Source: Octopus bimaculoides (lineage: Eukaryota). From it: a stretch of 50,101 bases of DNA. A program made the translations under genes and the position numbers. The notes under the pieces are model-generated. The model was not told where the DNA came from. It saw only the letters and a list, made by a program, of their open reading frames with translations, and searched no databases. The stretch covers positions 35,873,857-35,923,957 of the forward strand of contig NC_068984.1 of NCBI RefSeq assembly GCF_001194135.2. Direction: 5' to 3'. This document shows, piece by piece, positions 1 to 9,895 of the stretch. How positions within the stretch are numbered: position 1 is the stretch's first letter; each line of letters opens with the position of its first letter.

Positions 1-36
<36 letters not shown>

Positions 37-58
37 CATTTATATCTATATATATGTT

Positions 59-1268
59 TACGCGAGAATCGGTAGAAAAGTTTATAACCGGACGAAGATA
101 TCGTCATGCAATGTTACCAAATGAGATTTATTGCAGTACAACATTTTCTTTCATCAGTGTTGGTCTACTGTGGTAAACATTGAAGAAGTTGCTTTCATGC
201 TACTGGTCATCAACAGAAGATATCACGTTGTCATCACTTTGATATTGGCTCCCAGCGAAATGTGTTTTTCATGTTGGTGAACAGATGGTTTTGATATACG
301 GCCAAATCAGGAGAATAGGGTGGGTGATCAACCAATTGAGAGCCACAATCACGTACATCACCTATTGAAACTAACGACTCATCGGCTGGATGTCTGTTTT
401 CACGAAACAAGACAACGAATCCTTGTTGATATTAGGCGATTGGCCTCAAGAAGTTTGCATAGTAAGCTCCATATATAAAATGGCCCCTTTGGAGATAATC
501 ACTAGACATAGTAGCTTTTGCATCCCAAGAAACGAAGGCCATCATCTTCCATACCGATAAAACTAGCTTGGCCTTTTTTGGAGCAGGTGAAAAGTGATTT
601 CTTCCAATGCATGAATGGTCTCTTTGTCTATCGCACCAAGTAATGAAATCAACATTCATTTTCGGTTAGGGAACGTTCACGGAAACCAGTTGGATCTGTT
701 TTTCTGTGATGTGATCTATTTGGTCTGCTTTTGACCAGGTATTAGACGACGTGGCTCCCACCGAGAAGGAGCTTACGTTATTCCGAGTTCATTGGGCATA
801 ATATCCTCAGCTCTCGCGGGATGTGCTGATACCTTTGGCTATTTGAGTTATAACAAAGTGCAAGTTATTCATCACCATATGCAAAACACGATTAATGTTT
901 TTTCTTAGTGGTGGTAGCTTTTAGTACCTCCGCACTCTGGGTCAAGTTTATGATGCTCCTTTTACTCCTAAAATCATTTGTCCACATTTGCACTTATCCC
1001 ATAATGTAGCAACAATGTAAGCATAAGTCTTCTTGGTGGCTAAAAACTAGCTTTTTTCTTCAGGTACATGATAGCACCACGATGCCAAATTTTCATATTT
1101 TAATGCGCTTTGGCTACTAGTTTCTTTCGAAGTCTCGTTTGGGCTGTCAGATATGAGTTTACATGGAAGGGAACAATGCATTTATTAATAAAAGGAGCTG
1201 AAATTCACAGCGTCAACATCATTTTTTTATAATCAGCCAATGAACTATTCAGTACACACTCTTGTGTA
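59..1268 (-). mobile_element. Near full-length decayed mariner DNA transposon (transposase pseudogene)
   Basis: Minus-strand frames give MKIWHRGAIMYL (ATG at 1096), DPTGFRERSLTENEC*FHY, SPAPKKAKLVLSVWKMMAFVSWDAK...YYANFLR (ORF 432-659) and LVDHPPYSPDLA, all mariner transposase motifs, broken by stops and frameshifts. Degenerate terminal inverted repeats at about 59-92 and 1233-1268; about 1.2 kb long. Confidence 0.9.
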
Positions 1269-1519
1269 AATATGTGTGTGTGTGCGTGTGTGTGCGTGTG
1301 TGTTGTGTCTGTTGTGTGTGTGTGTGTGTGCGTATGTGCGCGTATGTGTGTATGTGTGTATACTCAAACACACACGTATATATATATTTTATTATATGTA
1401 TTTATTTTCTCCTAATTAATAAATAACTCGGACAAAATAAATTGGTTAATAGATACCAGGGTAGCAAAGATCACAAAATAACTGTGGTATAACTCCTGTT
1501 TATGAGGTAGAAACTCCTT

Positions 1520-2388
1520 NNNNNNNNNNNNNNNNNNNNNNNNNNNNNNNNNNNNNNNNNNNNNNNNNNNNNNNNNNNNNNNNNNNNNNNNNNNNNNNNN
1601 NNNNNNNNNNNNNNNNNNNNNNNNNNNNNNNNNNNNNNNNNNNNNNNNNNNNNNNNNNNNNNNNNNNNNNNNNNNNNNNNNNNNNNNNNNNNNNNNNNNN
1701 NNNNNNNNNNNNNNNNNNNNNNNNNNNNNNNNNNNNNNNNNNNNNNNNNNNNNNNNNNNNNNNNNNNNNNNNNNNNNNNNNNNNNNNNNNNNNNNNNNNN
1801 NNNNNNNNNNNNNNNNNNNNNNNNNNNNNNNNNNNNNNNNNNNNNNNNNNNNNNNNNNNNNNNNNNNNNNNNNNNNNNNNNNNNNNNNNNNNNNNNNNNN
1901 NNNNNNNNNNNNNNNNNNNNNNNNNNNNNNNNNNNNNNNNNNNNNNNNNNNNNNNNNNNNNNNNNNNNNNNNNNNNNNNNNNNNNNNNNNNNNNNNNNNN
2001 NNNNNNNNNNNNNNNNNNNNNNNNNNNNNNNNNNNNNNNNNNNNNNNNNNNNNNNNNNNNNNNNNNNNNNNNNNNNNNNNNNNNNNNNNNNNNNNNNNNN
2101 NNNNNNNNNNNNNNNNNNNNNNNNNNNNNNNNNNNNNNNNNNNNNNNNNNNNNNNNNNNNNNNNNNNNNNNNNNNNNNNNNNNNNNNNNNNNNNNNNNNN
2201 NNNNNNNNNNNNNNNNNNNNNNNNNNNNNNNNNNNNNNNNNNNNNNNNNNNNNNNNNNNNNNNNNNNNNNNNNNNNNNNNNNNNNNNNNNNNNNNNNNNN
2301 NNNNNNNNNNNNNNNNNNNNNNNNNNNNNNNNNNNNNNNNNNNNNNNNNNNNNNNNNNNNNNNNNNNNNNNNNNNNNNNNNNNNNNNN
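1520..2388. other. Assembly gap (largest of nine)
   Basis: Run of N. Other gaps: 3878-4164, 7580-7642, 8707-8738, 9370-9582, 11278-11496, 11940-12693, 14346-14805, 47350-47359. Most abut TA/GA/CA microsatellites. Confidence 0.99.
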
Positions 2389-2565
2389 TATATATATATA
2401 TATATATTCATCTCTGAGCGAAAAGTAAACAGTAACAGCACGGAATCGTGAAATATATTTGCCAACTAAATGTTGCGGGCCCATAGTGGACGGTGCTACT
2501 GTTGTTTTTAGCCCCATTAGTATTTGCGATAGGTAATCATCGTTCCATCTCTAGCCTTACAGGAT

Positions 2566-2612
2566 TCACACAGACAAGGGTTTCTGGGAAATAAACCGTC
2601 ATCAGTCTGTGA
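2566..2612 (-). ncRNA. Minimal type I hammerhead ribozyme motif, copy 1
   Basis: Minus strand reads TCACAGA-CTGATGA-CGG TTTATTTC CCA-GAAA-C CCTT G-TC-TGTGTGA. All conserved core nucleotides are present (CUGAUGA, GAAA, GUC). Stem I pairs 6/7; stem III is 2 bp with a 4-nt loop; stem II is weak with a C.A mismatch at its base. Confidence 0.62.
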
Positions 2613-2924
2613 TAATTATCAGCTTGCGATGAGAACTCATTCCAAACGCAAAATACTATATTATATTTCCAATGACAAACTGTCGTTCACCTTGAAAAAA
2701 TAGAAACAAGCAATATTAAATCTTTGAGCGAAAAATAAACAGTAGCATCACGGAATCATGAAATATATATAAGAAAACTAAATATGTCAGTCACATAAGG
2801 AAGATGCTGCTGTTGTTTTTAGCCCCAGTAGGACATCTCCTCCAGGTGGCAAACGACACACTGTCTGTGTCCGATTAGCATTTGCGAAGGGAAATCTTAG
2901 TTCTCATCTCTAGCATTACGTGAT

Positions 2925-2976
2925 ACACAGACCCGTGTTCCTGGTGTTCCTGAGTCGCATCTCGTCATCAGTGTGT
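2925..2976 (-). ncRNA. Degenerate minimal type I hammerhead ribozyme motif, copy 2
   Basis: Minus strand reads ACACA-CTGATGA-CGAG ATGCGA CTCA-GGAAC ACC AGGAAC ACGG GTC-TGTGT. Stem I is a perfect 5 bp and stem II pairs GAG/CTC, but GAAA is changed to GGAA and a 9-nt duplication (aggaacacc/aggaacacg) is present. Probably inactive. Confidence 0.5.
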
Positions 2977-3283
2977 GATAACCACTAGCTAACGATGAGA
3001 ACTCATTCCAAATGCAAAATACTATATGCTTTTTTCCAGTGACTAGGTGTAGTTGCTCTCAAAAAAAAGGAGAAACAAGCAATATTAAATCTAGTCTCTC
3101 AGCATTGCCCGGGAATGAAATTGGTCATTATATATTGTCAGGAAAAAGGAAAGATATTTGTATAGAAATTTATTCTAATTTCAATTTATTCTTCAATTGG
3201 GAAATCAATTCTGAATTCATAATACAATAATAATAAAATAATAATAATACGAAGAAGAATATTAATAATAATAATAGTGGCGT

Positions 3284-3852
3284 TTATGATGATGTTGATT
3301 GATGACATAATCTCTGTTTCGTGAGTGAAGCAATCCTCTTTCCCTCCATTGAGCATACATGCCGTTCTCGGTATCTACTAATATGAGCACCATTTTCGTC
3401 TACAGGGTTACGCAGGTAGTAACAATACAAGACCACCACATTGACTTGTTTGTTCCATCTACGTCGTATGTGCTGGTCAGTTGTGGGATAACGATAGGGT
3501 GGAACCGAAACGTTATCTCTGAGCCTGATTGCTGGAACACTGTCACCATCAAGGGCTTCATTTTCATCAACACCGTTATTCACAAAATATTGTTTTTCCG
3601 TTGTGACACATATGAGGCAGTGATTATCAGGTTGAGCAATTACCACTGTTACACCCTCAGTAGATGTATCCAACCACTTTCTTTCATTACTGTTATTATC
3701 ATCATTGATATTACTTTCATTTTTTACTATTTGTCATTCTTAATATTTCTTCTGATCCGAGATGAGTTATCGCTAATTGTCATTAAAACTTTCTTGTTAG
3801 TGCTAGGATCCAGGTCTCATCTGTAGCGTAGACAATTCGGTAGAGCACTGCC
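3284..3852 (-). mobile_element. 5'-terminal fragment of an RLE-type (R4/Dong-like) non-LTR retrotransposon
   Basis: ORF 3284-3673 contains RRRWNKQVNVVVLYCYYLRNPVDENG...RYRER...TKQRLCHQ, resembling the conserved N-terminal W..E.N..V..CYY.S.P...GYR.RM...EQRL.DQ motif of R4/Dong ORFs. It stops at a degenerate (TAA)n tract near 3225-3280. Confidence 0.65.
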
Positions 3853-4164
3853 TATATATATATATATATATATATATNNNNNNNNNNNNNNNNNNNNNNN
3901 NNNNNNNNNNNNNNNNNNNNNNNNNNNNNNNNNNNNNNNNNNNNNNNNNNNNNNNNNNNNNNNNNNNNNNNNNNNNNNNNNNNNNNNNNNNNNNNNNNNN
4001 NNNNNNNNNNNNNNNNNNNNNNNNNNNNNNNNNNNNNNNNNNNNNNNNNNNNNNNNNNNNNNNNNNNNNNNNNNNNNNNNNNNNNNNNNNNNNNNNNNNN
4101 NNNNNNNNNNNNNNNNNNNNNNNNNNNNNNNNNNNNNNNNNNNNNNNNNNNNNNNNNNNNNNNN

Positions 4165-4400
4165 ATTATTTTAATGATTATTACTTTGTATTTTATTATA
4201 GTTCTTTTTAGTGCATTTACTTATTAAATTATTTTATATGTGACTGTGGATTTTCATGAATGAGTTCATGAAGTTTGGTTCTTTCCTGTAAATTATATAT
4301 TTATATATTATATACTGTAAAGCATAATTTCCTTTTAATTTTTGATAAATTGAATTTAATTGAGTTTTTACCTGTAAATTTGGATTTTTATACCTAATAT
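4165..4400. repeat. Unclassified AT-rich interspersed repeat, copy A
   Basis: Aligns with 12694-12945 (atatgtga..gtggattttcat..atgagttc.tgaa..ttggtt; tttaattgagttttt(t)acctgtaa.tttggatt). Confidence 0.75.
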
Positions 4401-4430
4401 TACACACACACTTATATGAGAATCAGATTC

Positions 4431-4650
4431 AATTATTGCTTTCACCATCAACTTCAGAAGGTCGACATCTTTGAGTGAAAAATATCCAGAACGGAAACTT
4501 TTTAACCATTTCTGCGTTCTTTTAAACTATTAACACCATAAACTTCACATGTGTCTTTCCGAGCTTCAGCAGCTTTCTTCCCTTTACGGATATAAAAAAC
4601 CAAACTTTGGCGAAAATATTGTTTTGCACTCTGCGTTAAAATTGACACTG
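4431..4650 (-). mobile_element. 5' fragment of a second mariner lineage (HTH region)
   Basis: Minus translation QYFRQSLVFYIRKGKKAAEARKDTCEVYGVNSLKER / QKWLKSFRSGYFSLKD / RPSEVD matches the mariner N-terminal DNA-binding domain. It differs from the element at 59-1268. Confidence 0.8.
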
Positions 4651-6067
4651 AAATAACAGCTGTATACAAAATTATGCCTAACTCGCTTCTAAAGTAAGCT
4701 AAAAGTAACGGCTATCAAATGCCAAAAGGAAACGATAGTCATAACATTCATAGAAGTAAGTAAGGCTACCATTGGTTTCATGTTAAGAAAAATGGACTTA
4801 AAATGTTATGTGTGTATCTGTGTGTGATATGTGAGACAGCGTACCTGCAGACCATGGTCATGCCCTAAAATATGCGTTTTTCAAAAGGACTCTTTGTACT
4901 AGCATTATTTAAATGAAATAATGGACTAGATACCACTGTACTTTTTGAAATAATACATTTATCAATTTGGTGTAGAACTCCCATTGCAATCTTGTAAAAA
5001 GAATATTTTTGCTACTGGCGAAATATGAATGATGGCTTCGTTTCTTCCATCAGTATAGCTATACTCTTTCGCTAACATTTCAATCATAAATAACTTTTCA
5101 TTCCGGAGGCAAAAATCTGTATATCATACAAAGTCTTCAGTAATATAAATATCTCATTTGATCTGTTTATTCGAAAGCGCTGACACAAATGAATACTATG
5201 TTGACTGCTGCAGTATATATATCCAGATTATATTCACCGTATTCCTGTCGGGTCCTATTTAAATCGAAACCATTCAACATTTGAATTCATGTCAAATTCA
5301 ATGACTGAAATGTTAAGCAGCGTAACAGCGTAATATAAATTAAAGAAGTGAATTGCATTCATTTGTATCAATTTTGATGACAATAGTCAGTGTGTCTCAC
5401 GTTCACGGCTAATATGAAGAGGTTGCCGTCACAAATTCTCTCAGATTTCTGGTAAAATTATGTGCAGTATCAGACTATCGATTTACAAACATTCTACAGC
5501 AGTAGTTCTTCAAATCTTATGTTTCGTTGTTACAAAACTGCAAACTGCATTATATAAAGAATGTAATCTTCCGTTTGCATCTTCTGGAGTGGGTATGAAT
5601 ATGTTAGTAAATATAAAAAACAAAACTACAAAAATTTCTCAATTTACTACTTATGCTTGCAAAATTAATTGAAATCAGTATATTTTCTCAACATCTATTG
5701 AGGAACTTTAGTTCAATACACATGATACTGTAATGAATATAAAACATTTTGAACACGAAAGACACAATAACACATTTTTTCTTTTAAATGTGCAAAATAA
5801 TTGCATGTATTATAGACAAATGTCCATGATGTGGAATAAAAGAGTAACAGATTAAAACCAGACTGTCCCTGTGTTATCCATCTTTGAAAGAGGTGGAATA
5901 AATAAATCAAAATAAGACACCTGGCATGTAGCAATCACAGCAAGCCAAACGCCTTTTTTCATTTAGTATTAAATATAAATTTCATTTTCTTAATATCTTC
6001 CAGTTGAAGGATTTCTGCAAAAATTATAAAACTACAATTTCATATCTTATTCGTATACAACACAAGA

Positions 6068-6421
6068 ATTCCTCCAATTAACTTTAAAAATTATAAGAAA
6101 TACCAATTTGTTCAATGACATGAATTTTACAGAAGAATGCATCTGCATAAACGCATATATATGTATACTCATACAGATTCACAGAAACGCAAGCAGTACC
6201 ACACACGCACACACATTCACACACCCACACATTCACATTCACACACCCACAACACCTCCACATATATATAAGCATAATTGTGAACGAGAGAAGAGGAGAA
6301 GTATGTGTGTGCATATGCCCATATTTATGTATATCTGTGTTTATGAAATTCATTTGTCACGAAGGAGAATGTCATTAAACATTTCATATTTGCTATAATT
6401 TGTAAATTTAAGGGGAGGAAT
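6068..6421. repeat. Short imperfect inverted repeat (arms 6068-6121 and 6369-6421) around a CA-rich spacer
   Basis: attcctccaattaactttaaaaattataagaaataccaatttgttcaatgacat versus the reverse complement of the right arm, attcctccccttaaatttacaaattatagcaaatatgaaatgtttaatgacat. Confidence 0.55.
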
Positions 6422-7523
6422 CGTGGTGAAATAAGCATATATATATATGTGAGTGTGGGTGTATGTGTGTTTTTGTGTGCGTATGAGTGTTTGCGTGTGT
6501 GTGTTTGTGTGTGCGTGTGTGTGAGTGTGCGTGTGTGTGTATGTATGTGTGTATGTGTGGGCGTTGTATTTACAAGTTCCATATTCGGAAAATACTGATT
6601 GATTTCTGCAAATGGCAGGTAGCCTTAATGAATTCGTCTTCTGCAAATTTTAGAAAATGTCAAATTATAGATGCTTGTCAAAGACAATGGAAAGTGAATG
6701 AAAAGATAAAAGCCATGACGAGTAATAAATGTGAAGACAAAGTTCATTGTAAAAGGTTAACGTACAAAGTAGCTGTGTTATTTAAATACTTGTTTTGAAA
6801 CATTGTGCTTCATTTCATATGATAAACAAAATTATAGAAAATGCGTACATATTCACTGATATATGGGAAGGGGACATCTCGAATACACGACGGAAACGTA
6901 CATAGAACAACACGCTTTGATAAATAAAATTACATACATAAAACACCGTTTTCTATAAGCACACGTAAAAGAGAATAACCGCTAACCCGACCCATATGAG
7001 TTCACATAAGAGTTGCATAATCAAAACCTGTACAGAGAAATTCCAATAAAAGTCCAAGAACATAATCCAGGACGCGAACACACAAATATTAAGACATATG
7101 TCATAAACAAAACATCGACGTAATTGAATGAAAGGCCAACATTTTGAATGGAATTCAAATTGTTTTCAGTGCCCATTTTTTAATTTTTCTTTACTTCTGT
7201 TGAAATTTATTAAATCTTCCTAACAGCTGTTTTTCAAATGTATATTTACAAGCGTATTTTTGTGAAACAAAAATATTGTACACAATAATGCACTTACGTC
7301 TAATCACTGGAAACTTTGCAACAAGTGAATTGTTGAAAATGTTGCAAATCCGACACCTCTAATGAAAATTCATTAAGACACTCACTTAATACAAGATGGC
7401 ATCTTGCAGTCATACAAATTACCTTTTTTGTTTTCAAATTAAATATTGAATTAATACATAGTAAGGTTTGGTGAAATACATATATGCATATATATGTATG
7501 TGTATATGTATATATGTTTTTTA

Positions 7524-7565
<42 letters not shown>

Positions 7566-7642
7566 CATACAGAGAGAGANNNNNNNNNNNNNNNNNNNNN
7601 NNNNNNNNNNNNNNNNNNNNNNNNNNNNNNNNNNNNNNNNNN

Positions 7643-7701
<59 letters not shown>

Positions 7702-7954
7702 GTGAGGTAGACAGATACAGACAGACAGTTAGGCAAGCATAAAAAGATAGAACTCTAAAGAGAGAAAAAAAAAAGAGAATGTTCGTGTACTGAAAATTAG
7801 ATACGCTCAATCAATGATTTACATTGTGAAGATTTACTGACAGAATTTAATTTTTCATGTACGCCAATTTTCAAACTCATGATGGTTAGTTGACAATGCA
7901 AAGCAACGGATTTTCTAACTACGAGAAAAATTTCGTTTGGTGTTTTTTAACATT

Positions 7955-8695
7955 CTTATGCAATGGCTGCCATCACTTCGTCGACTGTTTCCGATTTTGT
8001 ACTCTAAAATCAATAGTTTAGTAATGCTCATAAAACTCTAATATGGTTACTCTAATTGATAACGTTATTTTCAACATGTTTAACAGCAACCAGTCAAGTT
8101 AGGCTTTTACACCACTATGGGTTTGTTGTTGTATCCCATCATCCTTGTAACACATGTATTGATATGGTTATTGTAGACAGGCAATTAAATTTTAACAGCC
8201 AAAATAGTGGAAAGGCCATTTTTTTCCAATTAACAACTTTGATGATAAGACACACTATACCGCAAAATCTAGGATATTCCACCCTATTAAGTGGATTCTC
8301 AGGTCACTATTAGGTGCAATTGTGGTGGTTTTTGAGCCATTCAGTTTAGACATATTTTCGTCACTCCAAAGAATCCTTGTAGGAATGTGTGCATCTTGTC
8401 ACCCGAAACTGTAGTCTTAATTGAGAGCATGGGCTATAATTCGAATGTAACTTTTCAAATCGCAAGGTTTTGAAAATACGAGGGAGTCAATATCTGAATT
8501 CTTATCTCTGAATGACTTACAAAGCAGATTGCTTCAAATTTAACAATGTTTCTATTACATTTACACGCTTGCTTTGCGGGGTTCCTCGATGTCCACGGTC
8601 TTTCATAACATTTCTCTTGAACATTACGAACTGTTTCTTCTGCTTCAACATATTTCTAATCCAATTAAAGGTAAGCCGCAATGAGCATCCAATTG
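7955..8695 (-). mobile_element. Decayed Tc1/mariner-superfamily transposase relic (third lineage)
   Basis: Frameshifted minus-strand pieces RLTFNWIRNM/FEAEETVRNVQ, KSYIRIIAHALN, RILWSDEN.SKLNGS, NHHNC and STKSETVDEVMAAIA resemble the WSDEAHF-LNG-VN-HNC family of DD(34-37)E/D transposases. Confidence 0.7.
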
Positions 8696-8789
8696 AATAT
8701 ATATATNNNNNNNNNNNNNNNNNNNNNNNNNNNNNNNNGTGTGTGTGTGTGTGTGTATAGATATAAATGTATATACATATATATATATA

Positions 8790-9225
8790 TATAAAATCTG
8801 TGCATGACCTGAGAGTCAACATGCGAAATGATGCATATTACCAAGCTGTAAATAAAATGCAGATGCTTTGGCATTGTCATTTAGTCAAAGATCAAGACGG
8901 TGCGCCACTGCATATTGCAAAAATCCACACATTGCTAACACGATACAGAAGGAGACGCTGCAATAATTTGGACTTCAAGGGCCGACAGCTTTTTGTTATG
9001 CTCCCACAAAGCTTGGGAGACCTGCATGGCTTGCATGTAGGCGTTTTGAAGATCAAAACTGGATGATCTTTCTGTAAAGAGTTACTCATGAACCTACCTC
9101 AAGGCAAGATGAGTGCAGCAATGTCAAACTCCCTCATCCACCAAATGTCACATATCAGAGGAGGTTTAGAGTAAGTATAGCAAAGCATGGCTGCAGTCCT
9201 CGGACTGGACCTAAAAGAAGAATAT
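8790..9225 (+). mobile_element. 3' end of a non-LTR retrotransposon ORF2 (clade not determined)
   Basis: CNNLDFKGRQLFVMLPQSLGDLHGLHVGVLKIKTG then (frameshift) LDDLSVKSYS/EP...SNSLIHQM resembles the common LINE C-terminus SLGF.GP.LFN.LP..LR.......FK..LD..L...PDEP...SNSL..Q. Confidence 0.65.
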
Positions 9226-9234
9226 ATTTACATG

Positions 9235-9345
9235 AGGGCTAGTAGTTAGGCTGTTGCACTCACAATGGCTAGATCATGTGTTCGATTCCCTGACTGAGTG
9301 ACGCGTTATATTCTTGAGCAATATGTAACATCTCATAACCTGGAC
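9235..9345 (+). mobile_element. Truncated tRNA-derived SINE head
   Basis: A-box-like gggctagtagttagg, B-box gttcgattccc, then gacgcgttatattcttgagcaa, a typical post-tRNA SINE segment. No complete cloverleaf. Confidence 0.6.
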
Positions 9346-9824
9346 GGTCACGTGATATATATATATATANNNNNNNNNNNNNNNNNNNNNNNNNNNNNNN
9401 NNNNNNNNNNNNNNNNNNNNNNNNNNNNNNNNNNNNNNNNNNNNNNNNNNNNNNNNNNNNNNNNNNNNNNNNNNNNNNNNNNNNNNNNNNNNNNNNNNNN
9501 NNNNNNNNNNNNNNNNNNNNNNNNNNNNNNNNNNNNNNNNNNNNNNNNNNNNNNNNNNNNNNNNNNNNNNNNNNNNNNNNNNAAAATCACCACTTTCTAA
9601 TGAACGTAGCTGTTTATCATCAGTACAAACTGCCGATATTATTATAATCGAACAGAATCTCGTGCTAGTTGTCTCCAACAACTGAAAACATGCACGTGAT
9701 TCTATCCATTATAAAGAGTAAAATTCAAAAGTCTTAGTTTTGGCGCGCTCGGATCTTATCATTTACATTCCGTAAATCTTGTGTGCGTGGTTTTGTGTGT
9801 TTGCGTGTGTGTACATATATATAT

Positions 9825-9894
<70 letters not shown>

Positions 9895-9895
<1 letters not shown>

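Larger units (their letters stand above)
2411..3090. repeat. Diverged two-unit tandem repeat (2411-2720 and 2721-3090), retrozyme / Penelope-terminal-repeat-like
   Basis: Both units start tctYtgagcgaaaa..taaacagta and end gaaacaagcaatattaaa. They share ctgttgtttttagcccca, cgtcatcagt.tgtgata and gatgagaactcattccaaa.gcaaaatactatat. Unit 2 has a roughly 50 bp extra block near 2829-2875. Confidence 0.9.

Noticed and set aside
3790-3852. HDV-like ribozyme in the RLE LINE leader
   Set aside because: Only a 5-bp AGTGC/GCACT pairing; no convincing P2/P3/L3 or P1.1 arrangement.
4900-5130. Possible mariner C-terminus or 51-codon minus-strand exon
   Set aside because: Similarity is too weak to call either way by eye.
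9583-9630. Possible third hammerhead on the minus strand (CTGATGA taa...tta GAAA gtggtg)
   Set aside because: No stem III/NUH or stem I partner is visible before the gap; it cannot be supported. Other CTGANGA hits I checked in the window also lacked a paired stem II followed by GAAA.
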